Of a stretch of 64,000 nucleotides of DNA, positions 1 through 13,993 are shown piece after piece. Each line of letters begins with the position of its first letter. Position 1 is the stretch's first letter. A program made the position numbers and the translations under genes. Origin of the DNA: Amoeboaphelidium protococcarum X5 (taxonomy: Eukaryota > Fungi > Aphelidiomycota); contig JALDTO010000098.1 of the NCBI GenBank assembly GCA_023515725.1, positions 90,615 through 154,614 on the forward strand, written 5' to 3'. Below the pieces are notes generated by a model. That model worked only from the letters and a program-made list of their open reading frames with translations. It had not been told where the DNA came from and did not search any database.

Positions 1-3000
1 TTGGAGAGTGAGCTATTCAAGCCCAAAAAGCCAGAGTTGCCGTGGAGAAAATGGTCTGATTTGACCGAGAGTGAGTAGCAGACTATCTTTAACAAACGTC
101 TGTCTGATTATTGCCGCAAAATTTACCATAAAGTGAAAGAGGAGCGAGTCATGGAGAAGGAGTCAATTGTCTGCTAAAGAGAGAACTCCTTTTACGTGGA
201 CACTGTTCGTAAATTCCGTGATCGCCGTTATGAGTACAAGGGAAAGTTGAAGCAATGGAAAGGTAAATAAGATCAAGCCGCGTAGTCTTAAGATGTTCTG
301 GCTGTTGATGAGGCTAAGAAGATGGTTGTTCTCATGGACTCTCTACAGTTGGCGCACAAGTGTATTTTGAACTCATTCTACGGATATGTGATGCGTAAAG
401 GCAGTAGATGGTACTCGATGGAGATGGCTGGCATTGTGTGTCTGACAGGTGCGAACATTATTCAGCTGGCTCGTTAAATTGTTGAGAAGATTGGTCGACC
501 TCTTGAGCTTGATACCGATGGAATTTGGTGTATCTTGCCAAAGAGTTTTCCGGAAGAGTTCAAATTCAATCTCAAGAATGGTAAAGGGATCAAGATCTCT
601 TATCCGTGTGTTATGTTGAACCATCTTGTTCATGCGTAGTTTACTAATCATCAATATCAGACACTGGTTAATCCTTAGACTTTAGAATATGAGATGTCTT
701 CAGAGAATTCCATCTTTTTTGAAGTTGATGGTCCCTACCGTGCAATGATTCTACCAGCATCTAAGGAAGAGAATAAGTTGTTGAAGAAGCGATACGCTGT
801 CTTTAACGATGATGGATCTCTGGCTGAGCTTAAAGGCTTTGAAATTAAGCGCCGTGGTGAACTGAAAATCATCAAAATATTTCAATCTGAAGTGTTCAAG
901 TAATTCTTGGAAGGAAGTTCGCTGGCTGAATGCTATGACCACGTTGCTCGTGTAGCCGATAGATGGCTGGATATTTTATTCTCAAAAGGCAGTACTATTT
1001 CGGATGAAGAGCTGATGGAGTATATTTCAGAGAACAGAAGTATGTCCAAGACGCTGGAGGATTATGGTTCTTAAAAATCGACATCTATCAGCACTGCCAA
1101 GAGACTGGCTGAGTTTTTGGGAGACGAAATGGTGAAGGACAAGGGACTTGCTTGTCATTTTGTCATTGCTAATCGTCCTGTTGGCTCTCCTGTGGCTGAA
1201 AGGGCCATTCCTATTGCTATTTTTTAAGCTGAACCGGCAGTGAGAAGACATTATCTGCGCAAATGGCTCAATGACAAGTCTCAGATTGACTTTAATCTTA
1301 GAGACATTTTGGACTGGGGATACTATATTGAGCGTTTGGGTTCAACCGTTTAGAAGCTGATCACTATTCCTGCGGCCATGTAGAATATTCCTAATCCTGT
1401 TGTGCGGCTGCAGCATCCAGATTGGCTTTTGAAGAACAAGAGAAACGGCAAGGATCAGAGATAGGAGAAGCTGACCGATCTGCTCTTTAAAGGAAACTCT
1501 TTGCAGAAGTCTACTCGTGAGATGTTTGATAATTTAAAGGCTAGCAAGTAGCATGGTATTGATATTGAAGATGTTGGAGTGCCGTCGAATCTTCCAGCTG
1601 CAATGAAAAAGGCTCTTAAAAAGACTGAAGATAAGTAGTCTCAACTTTAGCTGCCCAAGGAAATGCCTGACATGGACGAGGACTTCAACGCCTTTGTGAG
1701 TTATCAAAAGATCAAGTGGAAGCTTCAGCGCTTGAGACGAGAAGCTAGACGTTAAGGTGTGAGCAATCCAGACGTAGATGCGCAGTTGAATCAAAATTCT
1801 GTCCAGTAATTTTATGAGAGCAGCTCCAGGAGTCTGTAAACTGGCACTTGGAATATTTTGCAATTTGCTTCTACCGACTCCCCAGGCATTTACACTCTAT
1901 GGACTCTGATTGATGGATATATGCGCAGCGTGTAAGTGCAAATTCCTAAAGTATTCTATGTGAATACCAGATATCCCGATCCTCAGAACAGGTTGCCCAG
2001 AACTAACAAGTTCTTACCTCGGTGTCTTAAACCAGTTCACCTGTATGAAGTATGTACTCAGGAAGCTTCCTTTGATAGTTCCGCCATGTAATACTAGTTA
2101 TTTGCGGCACATCCTGACACCTTGGGCGTGTTTGAGAGCCAGGTGTCATCGAATGATAGAGCTGTGATTGAAGTGGGCAACATCTGTAGACTTGACCCGT
2201 CAGTTGCTCGTCAGTCTGGTATCACAAAGGCCTCCAATATCTACTAGTTGAATCATTTGATGCAGGCGGACGATGAAGGTGTCAATCAGCTGCAGCTATT
2301 TGCTGATTGCAAAGTGTAGTTTGCCTATCTCAATGTTATCTAAAAAGACAGCCGCGGTACATTGGCTTTACTTTTTCCTGCTCGAAATGAATGCTTTGTA
2401 GTTTTTGTGGATCATCATAAGTCGAATAGCTCTTCTCCATTGTCGGCCATCTATCAAGATAGAATTGTGAAATCCACGCTATGCTTAAATGACGAAGTTT
2501 TACCTCTATATGGTCTTCCCAAGCGTATGGACTTCAAGTAGAGTAACGCGCAGTCTTTTGATTAGGCGTTCATGCAAATGAATAATATCGTCAAGTCTAC
2601 CATCAGTTCCTCATAGACTCCGGTATCACTCTTAGTTCAGTCTAATGTTTGTGGGGACTTATTATCCAGATAGATGAGGGTTATGAAAAGTGTGCCGTGT
2701 ATTTCGTTGAGCTCGTCTTCTGTAAGCAATGACCAATTCCCTTCTATTGACTGGCAGAAATACGCGTGTAAAAGATTATTTCAAGGCTTTATAGACTCTC
2801 ATGAGTGGCTTAATGATCGCTTGATGCTGTCCAATTATGCTAATATTCCGCTGGGATGTCTTTGTTCAAATGAGCCAGTCTTGCACGCGATGGATATGTA
2901 GTTGGCAAGAATTCTCAAGTCGAGGGATGTTGTGTTGTGGTATTCTACGTCGAATCGTCCTGATTTGGGCGGTATTGAGAATGATGACAGTGGTACTCTT

Positions 3001-4701
3001 GGCATTGGTACGGATAGTAGTGGAACGTCGCAGTAGATGGAGTTGAACTTTCCGGCGTATTATGATACGGTGTGTATTGAGTATAAGATTCGGAATCTGT
3101 GTCTTAATGCAATTCTCTAGTCTACAGCTATTAATGAGTATGAAGGAGCCCATCCGTATGCTGGACTGGGTAATGCAGACATGCTTTCAATGGAAGAGCA
3201 TATTTAGAAGCTGAAATTGGCCAAAGATTATTAGGATGATTACAATAGCCACAGTGCTGAGACTAATATGCCATCATTTCAGGCGTTTAAAAGTATTAAG
3301 GATCTGCTTCGCAAATGGGTGAAGGATCATCTTCTGACTGAAAATCCTGTGGCATAACTCTTCGCTGATAGTGTTTACCGCTGGATATCGTCACCGTCGT
3401 CCAAGCTGTATGATCCCGCTATTCATGCGTACGTCCAGTAGTTGATGAAGAAGGTCCTGCTTTAACTATTGTCAGAATTTAAAAGATTAGGTGCGAACGT
3501 GATTTATGCCACGTACGATAAGGTTATCATTGTCACTACGAAGACTTCTCATGTGAATGCGAAAGCTTGGAACGACTTTATATTGTAAAATCTTTTGGAC
3601 AAGGACATGTTTGCCGCTCTGGAACTTGGTGATACTGCCTATTGGGACAGTCTCTTGTGGATGGACAAGTACAATTTTGGTGGGTTAAAGTGCGATGTTG
3701 ATGGAGGTGTATAATGCCAGATGAATTGGTGTGTCAAGAGGTTGCTACCTTCTCTTCTTCAGAGCCACCTCGACAAGTTTATCATTCGTTTCTTGGAGCT
3801 GACTAAAGAAGTACAAATCCGTGTGAAAGCTTAGTAGTATGAAGCTGGTCATCCTACTGGTGCCCCTTCTGAGCATCAACAACCACAATAGAAAAGACTG
3901 ACACCAGATGAAATTAATAAGTAGATTGCGGTGGAGCGTGGTAGAATTATCCGCGAAATCTTGTCCCCTCAACTACTTGATTTTGTGTCGGACATCCAAG
4001 CGACTGTGAATGGTGTACTTAGTGAAGAGGAGATGCAACTGCTCAAGTTTCCTCCCGCTTTCAACTTGTGTCATGATCAGAGATCTAATCCCAGCCTGGA
4101 GTTTATAAAGACCATATGTCATCTTCTCTCTCTCTCCTACCAGGTTCAAGATGAAGTGAGAATTATGAAGAAGAATGCATTGAATCTTATCGGTGTTCGA
4201 GAATTTAGTGCGGAGGCCTAGTTTTCCTCAGAGTGGAGCAAGTCTATCGTTGTGAGCCATACCGTTTGCGCGTGCTGTCAAAGCGTCAGAGATCTGGATC
4301 TGGTACATGATGCTCTGCAGTCATCTGATGGTAGTCCTGTGTTGTGTTGTTTAGAATGCTAGATGCCTTACGACTTGCATCAATTGGAAGAATCGCTAAT
4401 TGAGATGCTGACTGCTGGTCTGGTGAAGCATCAACTGCGCGATCTCAAGTGTACTCGCTGTAATCAGCTGAAGAATGAGTTTCTATTTTCCAACTGTAGA
4501 ACTTGTGCCAACCAGTATGCCGTGGTGTATGCTCATGACAGTCATTTGCAAAGTAAGTAGTTTAAAAGCGCCGCGTCTTCATCTGTGCTGCGTACCAAAG
4601 ATGACGTTGTGCATCAGCTGAAGTTGATGAGACAGCTCAGTGTGACTTTCAAAATGCATCTGTTAAATGAAGCCGTCGACTACGCGCTGGAAGACTTGTG
4701 A
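1..4701 (+). CDS. POL2: DNA polymerase epsilon catalytic subunit, 5'-partial, no intron seen in window
   Basis: Frame 1 reads through with TAR=Gln: [51 protein letters not shown], then C-terminal CysA/CysB motifs; ends TGA 4699-4701. Confidence 0.97.
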
Positions 4702-4703
4702 TA

Positions 4704-4730
4704 ATATATATATATATAGATATATATATA
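4704..4730. repeat. (TA)n microsatellite
   Basis: Near-perfect TA run between the POL2 and CDC8 3' ends. Confidence 0.8.
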
Positions 4731-4796
4731 CACTATGTACGTGAGATGTGGAAAAATAAGGATTTTATTAAACTCTTGTTCAATAATATTTTGTCA

Positions 4797-5612
4797 TCAA
4801 TTGAACGGATCAAATAAAAGTTCATCTTCTTACAATTTCGCCATATCCTATTGCATAACACTCCAGATTGATCCATGAATATCATCAATGCTTCTTTTAG
4901 CATCAGCAATAACCCACTGCTGATGAGCTCGAGTAAACGATGAGCTTTTCACACAATTATCCTGCTAATAAGAATTTTCACTCTCTTAGGACGCGTTAAT
5001 TTTGTCAAATCCAGACATGGCCACTCTTTTAAAAGTGTCATTCAATTTTTGTTATAAATCTGCACGTTCATAAAGTTCATCTCCAAATCCATCTCGATTC
5101 TGAATTTAAACTTCTTTTTCAGCACTAGCATAATTAGAATCCATGTAAAAGACAATATCAGGTCTTAAAAGTCCTTTGTCGGGCTGCATGCACCATTACA
5201 AATCAAGTCCAAGTGCAACGTGCGAGTACACAACACCACTATATGCATAGCGGTCACAAATTACATGTTTCCCACTTAAGAGCATCGTTTTCATCTAGTC
5301 AAACTGCTCCCACCTATTTGCACTGAATAAAAGATGCATCATATGCTTATTGCCAATTCCATCCATTAGATCTTATTCTTCATCTACTATTGCTTTAGGT
5401 TTCCTTTAAAGATAAGAATTTATAATCTAACCAGTACTAGTCGTTCTGTCTGGAAATTTTTAAAGTACAGCGCGTTGTTGAATGCCAGTAGAGTCATTAT
5501 CACCACTAGTTTCAGAATTATTGAAAGCATCCACCAGCTTCTAACACTAAGTAGACTTTCCGCTCCGATCACAGCCTTCAAAAACAATTAAAAGTCCCCT
5601 CTTTTACGTCAT
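4797..5612 (-). CDS. CDC8: Thymidylate kinase
   Basis: RGLLIVFEGCDRSGKSTQC P-loop, FPDRTT, HLLFSANRWE, CDRYAYSGV; 272 codons from ATG to TGA in code 6. Confidence 0.95.
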
Positions 5613-5898
5613 GCCAAAATGTAACAACTTACTTCTAATACGACTTCCACCTCCAGATATTATAACACAGTAGTCCTAGTACTTTAGCCCCTTGAAAACA
5701 AAAGTTGAAACGACTCTCCTCAGCTGAACGCGTTAAACGCTTACAGTAAAGGAATTGCTTCACACGCGCGCGACTTTAAATTCAACCTTAACCGAAGCAA
5801 ATCAGATCAACCGTAAAATTCTTCCTTGTTGGATTGGCGCCAATTCTACCGTGGACCTTTATCATAATAACTATATAGTGCCAAAGGATATAATAAAT

Positions 5899-6552
5899 AT
5901 GAAGACTGGATTGGCTGTTGGATTAAATAAAGGCAGAAATGTCGAGCTTCGTGAGAAGAAGCCACGCTAGGCAGATAAGAAAGGAGTAGGATATTATTTA
6001 GCATACACCTCATTGCCAGCCAAGGACGAGACTATTCATAGTTTGTGATGGACGCGTCGAAATAATTAAAAGTCTACTTTTAGAATGAACAACAACATTA
6101 ATGATTATGCGGCTATTAGATGATTATTAAACATAGTTCATGCACCACAACGATGAGACTTTGTCTTTGATCAAAAAGAACTAATGAAATAGCCGCTTAA
6201 TTGTCATCATTAATGTTATTGGACTGGATTATTATTACACGCGTCATGGAACTGAATAGTCTCGCCTCAGCTGGCAATGTGATTGTGTCATCAATTTGTA
6301 CTAATATAATTACGTATTTTATATTTATACTACTGTGTGTAGAGATTAGGAACTCGTACCAAGTTTGTGCGCTCCATCATCCGTGAAGTGGCTGGATTTG
6401 CTCCATATGAGAAGAGAACCATTGAATTGTTGAAGAACAGCCGTGACAAGAGAGCAAAGCGTCTTGCTAAGAAAAGATTGGGCACAATGAAGAGAGCCAA
6501 GTCCAAGATTGAAGAGTTATCTAATGTCATTGCTGAGCAGAGAAGACACTGA
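5899..6552 (+). CDS. RPL36: 60S ribosomal protein L36 (exons 5899-5985, 6343-6552)
   Basis: [12 protein letters not shown]...KKG | [25 protein letters not shown]...; GT..TGTAG intron 5986-6342 with a TACTAAT branch-like site at 6299. Confidence 0.96.
6011..6279 (+). other. Extended imperfect inverted repeat (hairpin) inside the RPL36 intron
   Basis: Six nested complementary blocks of 6-12 bp; coordinates are given in findings. Confidence 0.85.
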
Positions 6553-6781
6553 TCTGGTGGTGTATATTATGCACACAAGTCTCTACATCTCGATTCATTA
6601 TATATATACATTTACTATTACTATATATATGAAGCGTGATTAGTATAAATCTTCATCTTCTATACACTTCTTTCATGACTTAGATTTTATTTATATTAAT
6701 ACACATTTCATTACTAAGCTTAACGATACTGATTAACAATAGAATAAACGCGAACGTAAGACTACCAACATCACGCGACAG

Positions 6782-6878
6782 TCAGAGTAGTTGAGATTAG
6801 AGAAACTCTAGAGTTACTCTATGCTGTGGCCTGCGTTGCTCATTTCCATTTCTCGCCTAGTTCTCAGCATTATTATTA

Positions 6879-6913
<35 letters not shown>

Positions 6914-7785
6914 GCTATTAAGTCTAAGCTAGCTGCTGTGATTGATGAATGATGCGCGATAATGCCAAGGACTCAAGGCCAAGACAGGATCCACACTTCT
7001 CGGGACTGAGCCATTCAGCTGTTAGAGTACCGAATCATAGTCATATTCTTAGTCAACACCATCTTCATCTTAATTATCATGATCCTAATCTTCCTCCTCC
7101 AAATCTGCTGATTGAATGATTGATGTCATCGTTGCTCTTCTCACCGTTTCAACTCGATCGGCTTGACGAACAGCGCCGCGCCGATTGATCGTTTCAGCGC
7201 CGACCAAATTCTCTGCGATATATTCATGATCAATGTCGTTGTCGTTGTGATCATCATTTTCGCCGCCTTCGCTGACATCATTCCGATAATTTGATCCGAT
7301 TTGCGTCTGCTGATTACTGTTAGCGTTAATATAACTGCGGCCGTGATAACGATTAATCATCAATCCATTCTCTTCACTGATCAGCTTTATCAAAGACCTT
7401 TCCAGTACATATTTCCCCACCTTGTACTACTCTGATTAGTTGAAAGCCTTGATATACGTCCAGCCAATAGTTGTACCACACTTGATGCATTAAACGTCTT
7501 GCACAGTGTGGAGACCCGTTCTCAACACACGGTCCTGTGCTTATCCAATCAGTTGAATATTAACAACCCCAGCGATGAGATAAGCCTTACCAGTAGATGC
7601 AGTAAAATTCTACAATAACAATGATAATATTTAAAATATTTGATATGACTACAATCTATATTGAGATAAGTACAGCATACCTTTGAAACAATCTTTGAGT
7701 GTAAAGCCACATGAGCATTACACTTCTTGCACGCGTAGATCTTATCGTTTGGACCGTCGAGGTATTTCAACTAAATGATTCCCAT
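6782..7785 (-). CDS. Yippee/MOH1-family zinc-binding protein with a long acidic, Asn-rich tail (intron 7610-7680)
   Basis: YACKKC...IVSK | NFTASTGKAYL...[30 protein letters not shown]...YKVGKYVLE. Confidence 0.92.
6869..6913. repeat. (ATT)n trinucleotide repeat encoding poly-Asn in the yippee tail
   Basis: Direct inspection; in frame as AAT on the minus strand. Confidence 0.85.
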
Positions 7786-8134
7786 ACTTCAGAATATTCT
7801 TGAAATTAAAGTGATGATAATATGATTATGATTTTAATGAAGAGTGGATATACAGCCCAGTAGAAAATTTCAATAATTCTGAGAGATATTCCAATGATTT
7901 GTAACGCAAATAAAAACATAACAATGTGACGCTCCAAAGTCACAAAAGATGCCGCATCACTCAATCAGAGAAATTCTCAATCAGGTGACGACAATCGGCG
8001 AGATTCGTTTCAAATCGTTAAGCGCGTGACTTCTTAACAGTTATGAGAACAAATCTATCAGTAGTAAAACTAAGAGTAAAGATTAAAAGTGTTATCAAAT
8101 ACAACAACATAGTAAATGTATATCGCAATAAATG

Positions 8135-11100
8135 TCAATCCATTTCTAGAGGATATCCTTCATTCAACAATTTAGAGTAGAGAGCTTTGTTCTTGGTGTG
8201 CGTAAGCAGATGGAATCGGGCTGGTTCATCTGATGATACGCCATCTGTTTAAGTGCAGAATGATTAAACTTGTAAGATCTAGCAGTACGCAAATTCTTCA
8301 TAACGCTAAGATTTCACCTTATATACACTAGTTCCCTTCATCACCACGAGTTATGCTCTAATGCGACCGTGTAACTCATCCATAGAGTCTACTGATGCGA
8401 GTAAGACTTCAACAAGTCCATCAACGAAAAGATTCAACACCATCTATTTATCTTGAGCAGAGAGTTGCCTGTGATACAGCACAATACCGAATGGGAGACA
8501 AAACTTCAACACTTGATCTTTTATACTAACCATATTAGCTTCCAGCTGCGGCTCATCATGAATTCGCAGGAACCTCTTGGGATTAGCGATAGAGGTGGCG
8601 CATTATGACACGAGGCTCTACATAGTTTTAACCAGCTGCTTCTTACTGGGCACAATGACCAAAGTCTAACCACTACCGGAAGAGTGGACCATACTTTTAA
8701 ACAATGGCCTATTCATCGCGCTCTATCGCTGCAAGTGCTAATTGTGTGGGAAGCCGTCAACCTAGATTTATAACTCTATTGATCTAACACCTGGTTTAAA
8801 GTTGAAAGTCTATCCATGATTTGAGCACTAACACACCAGAGATAACTTTTGGGCATTGTATAAGGATTCACAAAAAGCAATTAGTCTTCCAACTGGGTAT
8901 TTTCCAACAACGGTTTTAATTCTATCCAACGAATAAGTATGAGAATTCAGAATTATAAGCGATAGTGGATCTTTATTAGAAGACCGCAAAGATAAATATT
9001 CGTCGGCTGTCAATACTACAACGGCTTTTTGACCAGATATAGAACGGCCATCATTGTATCGACTGCATTACAACTCCAGCAATCCACAGATAGAAGACTA
9101 CAGAACTTGCATCAAATACTCTGCGTAACTTGAGCTGCGACAAATAATTACACAATTACTAATGGCTTGGCGACCAGAATATTACGATTTAAACCGAGCC
9201 AGCGCCAATTCCAACAGAGTCAATTAATCGTCGCATCCAGAAGTACCAATCAGCAAATTGTCATCACTGTGATACAACTTATGAAACACCTACGTCTAAA
9301 TTGGATCAAAGTACTGACATTTCTAGTCAAAATACGCCTCTAAAAGACCATCTTGACAAGCGGAAATCGGTAGAGGCTTCAAATCAAGAAGAGCAGTGTA
9401 TCGAGCTTCGGGGTACTAGAGTCCACCGAGCTCCACAGGATATACATTCTCCAGTCCGATCCATCGATCTGAGATAAATCTCAAATACACCTGAGAACTG
9501 AGAGGGTACTTGACCGGCAAATGGTATTACAGTTAAAGTGACTTTTGCTTGCACTGTTCCTTGTTAATCATGACATGATCAAAGACATATAGCTCATCAG
9601 ATTCCATATCCTCAATCCAGAGCCAGAAGGATTCCATGGAGCCGCTATACTTGTCATTCCACTCAAAATCGGGCAGTATGTCCACGGCGATTCGCACAAC
9701 ATCATGCATGAGCGGGTAGCACTCCACCTTAAAATCGAAATACGGCAGATAACGTATCACCTTGTACAAATGTTCACCTCTACCTGGATGATTTACCAAC
9801 TTTGCCAAATCTTCAACAGATAATCCACGCAACGAGTCAAAATCTGTAAAATCAGCGTCATCCACTTTTCTAAACTCATCCAAGGTAATCAGCAGACTCT
9901 TCTTATGACCAGTGAACAACGACGCATAAGGCATGTATTAGTTGGGTGGAAACAAAAACTAACCAAGTGGGGACTCAAAGCTCCACATCCTCCTCTCCAC
10001 GGCCAGACATAGACTCAACACCACCTGAGATGCAACACTCCATTGACGCTTCATCACTATATCCAGCATTGCGCGAAGTATTCTTGGTACATTTTGAGCT
10101 AGATAAGAAGTATCTGATATCAAGGTGAAGTCATCCAATTGTGCTCTACTGATATAAGCCTACAGCAGAACATTAATCTTCCCCTGTACCGTGTCCAAGG
10201 TGGAAGACATCTCACACGGTGCATAACCACTATCCAACAAGTTTTGCAGCTCCTTGATTTCTTCTTCACGCACTTTAATACCGTCAAATTCATGACAATG
10301 TACCAGAATACTCAAAATATCGGCCTCGGTACATTCTTGCTTTAACTACTGATGGAATACGTCCATAGTCTCGTGCTTGAGATAGTACTGGGCAGCAACT
10401 CGACCCAAATCGCGCGGTGTAATCTCACCAGTCTCCTAATTGTATTAAATCATCTATGAAGAGGCCAAAGTCTTCAAAGCACCACCCACCACTTCTTTAC
10501 GCACCAAAATCATACGAGGATCTATACGCGGATCCCAATCTCTGAAGCCATACAGTTCAGGAAGACTTTTCACGCGCACAAACCAGTAAGTATAGCCAAG
10601 CCATTAAGCAGCTTCATCCACAGTAGACAGAGTTCCGGTGGCACAGATTTCAGCATTCAGATTGTCAATGAGCCGCTTTGTGAACTCGCTTTCAATCGGG
10701 TAAGTCATTGACAAGTGTTAGATGTAATGTACCAATTTATCATGAGTAGTAATCAAATAGGCAATACCGTTGGGCTCAAACTGAGGTCTACCAGCCCGAC
10801 CAAATATCTACAACACGTCAAGAATAGATAGATCGACAAAGGCACCTTTCTCGGAATCATAAACCTGGGTACCTTTGATAATACAAGCATAGGCAGGCAA
10901 ATTGACACCCCAAGCAAGAGTCGCAGTACATACAAGAACTTTGAGTAATCCTTCAGAAAACAGACGCTCCACAAGCAGACGATCTTATCGCAACATACCA
11001 GCATGATGCATACCAATACCCTTCTAGAATAACTATTTCAGCTCCTTATTTCTCGATCGCGCTAAATCCTATACCGCTTTAGTGTAAACGATACCGGATC

Positions 11101-12646
11101 TCTCTTCAGGTGTATGCTCAAATAAATGAAGTTAATGTCCATTCTATGCCATCTGAACCATAGCCTACCCAGTCTTCACAGTGTCCTTTCTACTATGAAC
11201 AAATATCATGGCCTGACGTCGTTCTTTGAGCACATCAACCACCCGATCAAACACGTAATCATTCATGCGTTTACGAGATTCTTAACTACTAGGCTTCCCT
11301 TTAACACCGACAATATTCTAAGCCAATGGCACAGGCCGGAAACTTTAATCAAAATAGAACATCCCCTTCATTGGATTAACAGCCAGAAATTCAGCGACAT
11401 CAGCATAATTAGGCAGAGTCGCACTTAATCCAACTATACGAATCATTGATTACGAACTTTCAACAAGACGCAGAGTTCGTGCCACCAAAGTCTCTATCAC
11501 AGCACCACGTTCATCATGCAGAAGATGTACCTCATCAATGAGCAATAGACGGACCATTGTAGGATCAATAGATGACGTGTTACGCGTAATAACATCCCAC
11601 TTCTCAGGTGTCACTATGAACAGCTGAGCGTCATTCACCTCTCGCTGTGACAATTAAGTGTCTCCAGTCCATTCTTTCACCTTTATACCTAATGGCTCTA
11701 ATCTCCTGCTAAACTTTCGGGAAATCTCAGTAGCCAAAGCTTTCATTGGAGCAATGTACACCATTTTGAAATCATCTTTAGCTATGGTAACTACCGAATC
11801 AACATTTCTCTCCCCATCATCAGTGGCATTCTTTAAATCAGATGTAATAAAATGCCGAATAGTAGATAGAATAGTGAGCATGGCAACATCAGTCTTACCT
11901 GCAGAGGTGGGAGCACATATCAGCAAATTCTCATTGGTAAAATAAGCTGTCGGATAGACTAGAGATTACATCCTATTCAAACTGACATATCCCTTGAATA
12001 CTGAACGAGTCCAAGGTTCCAGATCCGAGATGGGGACCAATCGTTATTACTCAGCTCCACTGTGATCATTCTCCAGCATCGGCAGATTGTACTCTTCATA
12101 TTCAACTGTATTACGTCGCTTAGTACCAGGTGGAAGTGATAGAGCGGATCCTTATAACTTTATGGTGTCAATCTACTAATTCACACTACTACCATAAATG
12201 TGTGGATATTGCACCGCTTTCTTTCTATACTATCCGTAGTCAGAGCTATACAACGGCCGATTCATGGTGTACAGCATTCGTTACGCGTGCACATCTAATG
12301 AATCTTCAAACTACTATAAAGCTTGCAGTGCTTCCACAATCTTCTATCTCTATTGCAGCAGAACGCCCACAAGATCAAAGCCATCCATACCCAGGATATC
12401 GAATAGAGAGTTCTGCAATTCTTCTACAGGCGCATCAGACTCGAGTACCGGCTTAATCGCTTCAAATAATTCAGGATGAGGCAGAAGAGCCTTTATACCA
12501 TCTATCACCTATTAAGGACTGATATTAAGATTCTGAGTATTTTATAACTACTGTTACTCAAACTACACACCAAGTATTCTCTCAATCTACTCGATTTATT
12601 AGATGCTTAACTTGAACCATTCATCTACCAAACTAAAATCTTCCAT
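8135..12646 (-). CDS. SLH1: Ski2-like helicase of the SLH1/ASCC3 type, 1503 aa, C-terminally shortened
   Basis: ORF-track fragments share one frame: [75 protein letters not shown], a Sec63 unit, then a degenerate second cassette. Confidence 0.88.
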
Positions 12647-12899
12647 TGCAGATAAATCTCTATAATACAATATATATATATATATATATATATTAACAAA
12701 AGAACTACCGTACAATTTATATATCTAGAATATTTGAGCAACTCTTGAGATTTCTATCAAAACAAAGTAAGTAAGAGCAAGACGAAGAGAGTTAGAAAGA
12801 GAGAAGAGAAAAAGAGACTTATTAACCGCGTTTGCTTGTAAAGCTGGAGTCTACTCAATTTTGAGAGAAATATCATTGGAAAATTCAGTTATGTCTAAA

Positions 12900-13859
12900 T
12901 CATAGTGAAGCAGTTATAGTATCTCCGATGCGAATCTTAAAGTCTGTAGACCGATGAACTGCATTAACACCAAAAATGGCGTGATACTTGAAGCGCGAAT
13001 CAACACGTCTGAAGGCCATAAGAGTTTTCAGCGGTTCGCCTTCCTCAGAGGGAATACCAGTTTCCGGATCAACATTCGGCAATGCACACCGCGTACAAGG
13101 CTTCACGCAATCCAAAGTAAGGCCGCCTGATACTGACAAAGTCTTCCACTCGTCTTCAGCGAAAGCGGTCGCTGCACCACCGATAACGATGTTGGGTCGA
13201 AAGTTTGTGGATGAGACCCGCTTCAACTTACCTCTTTACTGTAATTCTTCATTGACGCGTTCGATACTTTCTTTGGTGATTATCAACAGCGGAAACCCGT
13301 CAGCCAGAGCTGCCTATGTATCGTATGAATACCCATCCTCGGCGACATACGTTTAATCTAACGTTCTCCTAAAGTTCTAATCCTTAAACACCAGTCGGCA
13401 TTCTACACCAAGAATCTCTGATAGCCAAGCGGAAACTTGATCGCCTTGATCGAAGCAATCTACCGTGTCATCCCACACCTTACACTTCATCACCCAGTTA
13501 GATGTTACCAGTTTTACCGATATTTCAACCTTGGATGCAGACTGACACGCCAGATTGAGTCCTTCAACTTGATCATTTACCAGAATGAACGATGGTGATA
13601 TCAGAGACATTTTAGGATATTTTCGCTGCGTCATAAACTCACCATCAGCATTGACCACCATCCATTGTCGATCCCAAGCGAGACCAGCCGAATGAAACGC
13701 GCTTTCCCTCATTAGAATTCCAGCACAACTTTTGACGGGATAAACCCAAATCTCATCCACCCTCAGCTATTGTCTTTATGCTAATAGCTTTGTCCAAGAA
13801 AAGAGCTTTAATATATAGCGGTACAGTGACGCGATTGAAGCTTATATAGTCGAAATCAT
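12900..13859 (-). CDS. MOSC-domain protein (mARC-like)
   Basis: IWVYPVKSCAG, WDRQWMVV, DGFPLLI, NFRPNIVI, CTRCALPNVDPETG. Confidence 0.93.
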
Positions 13860-13993
13860 AATAAGTGCATAAGGTTTAAAGATCGTCGAACTATCAGGCG
13901 GAAAGTAAAAAGCAAAGTCAGAGTTGATAATACGTAGATCAAAGTAGATTTTGAATAGTTAACATGTCATAAACATCTCTGAATTCCATAATG

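Noticed and set aside
373-654. Short antisense or alternate-frame ORFs in the track (also 1534-1863, 12988-13356, 31570-32064, 34385-34783, 52200-52643 and others)
   Set aside because: They are shadows of recognisable genes on the other strand or frame and show no motifs of their own.
5986-6342. Box C/D snoRNA in the RPL36 intron
   Set aside because: No convincing RTGATGA/CTGA pair with a terminal stem; the long hairpin explains the sequence better.
7960-8137. Readthrough of the SLH1 TGA to restore the missing C-terminus
   Set aside because: Only about 55 unrecognisable codons follow, far too few for a Sec63 unit.
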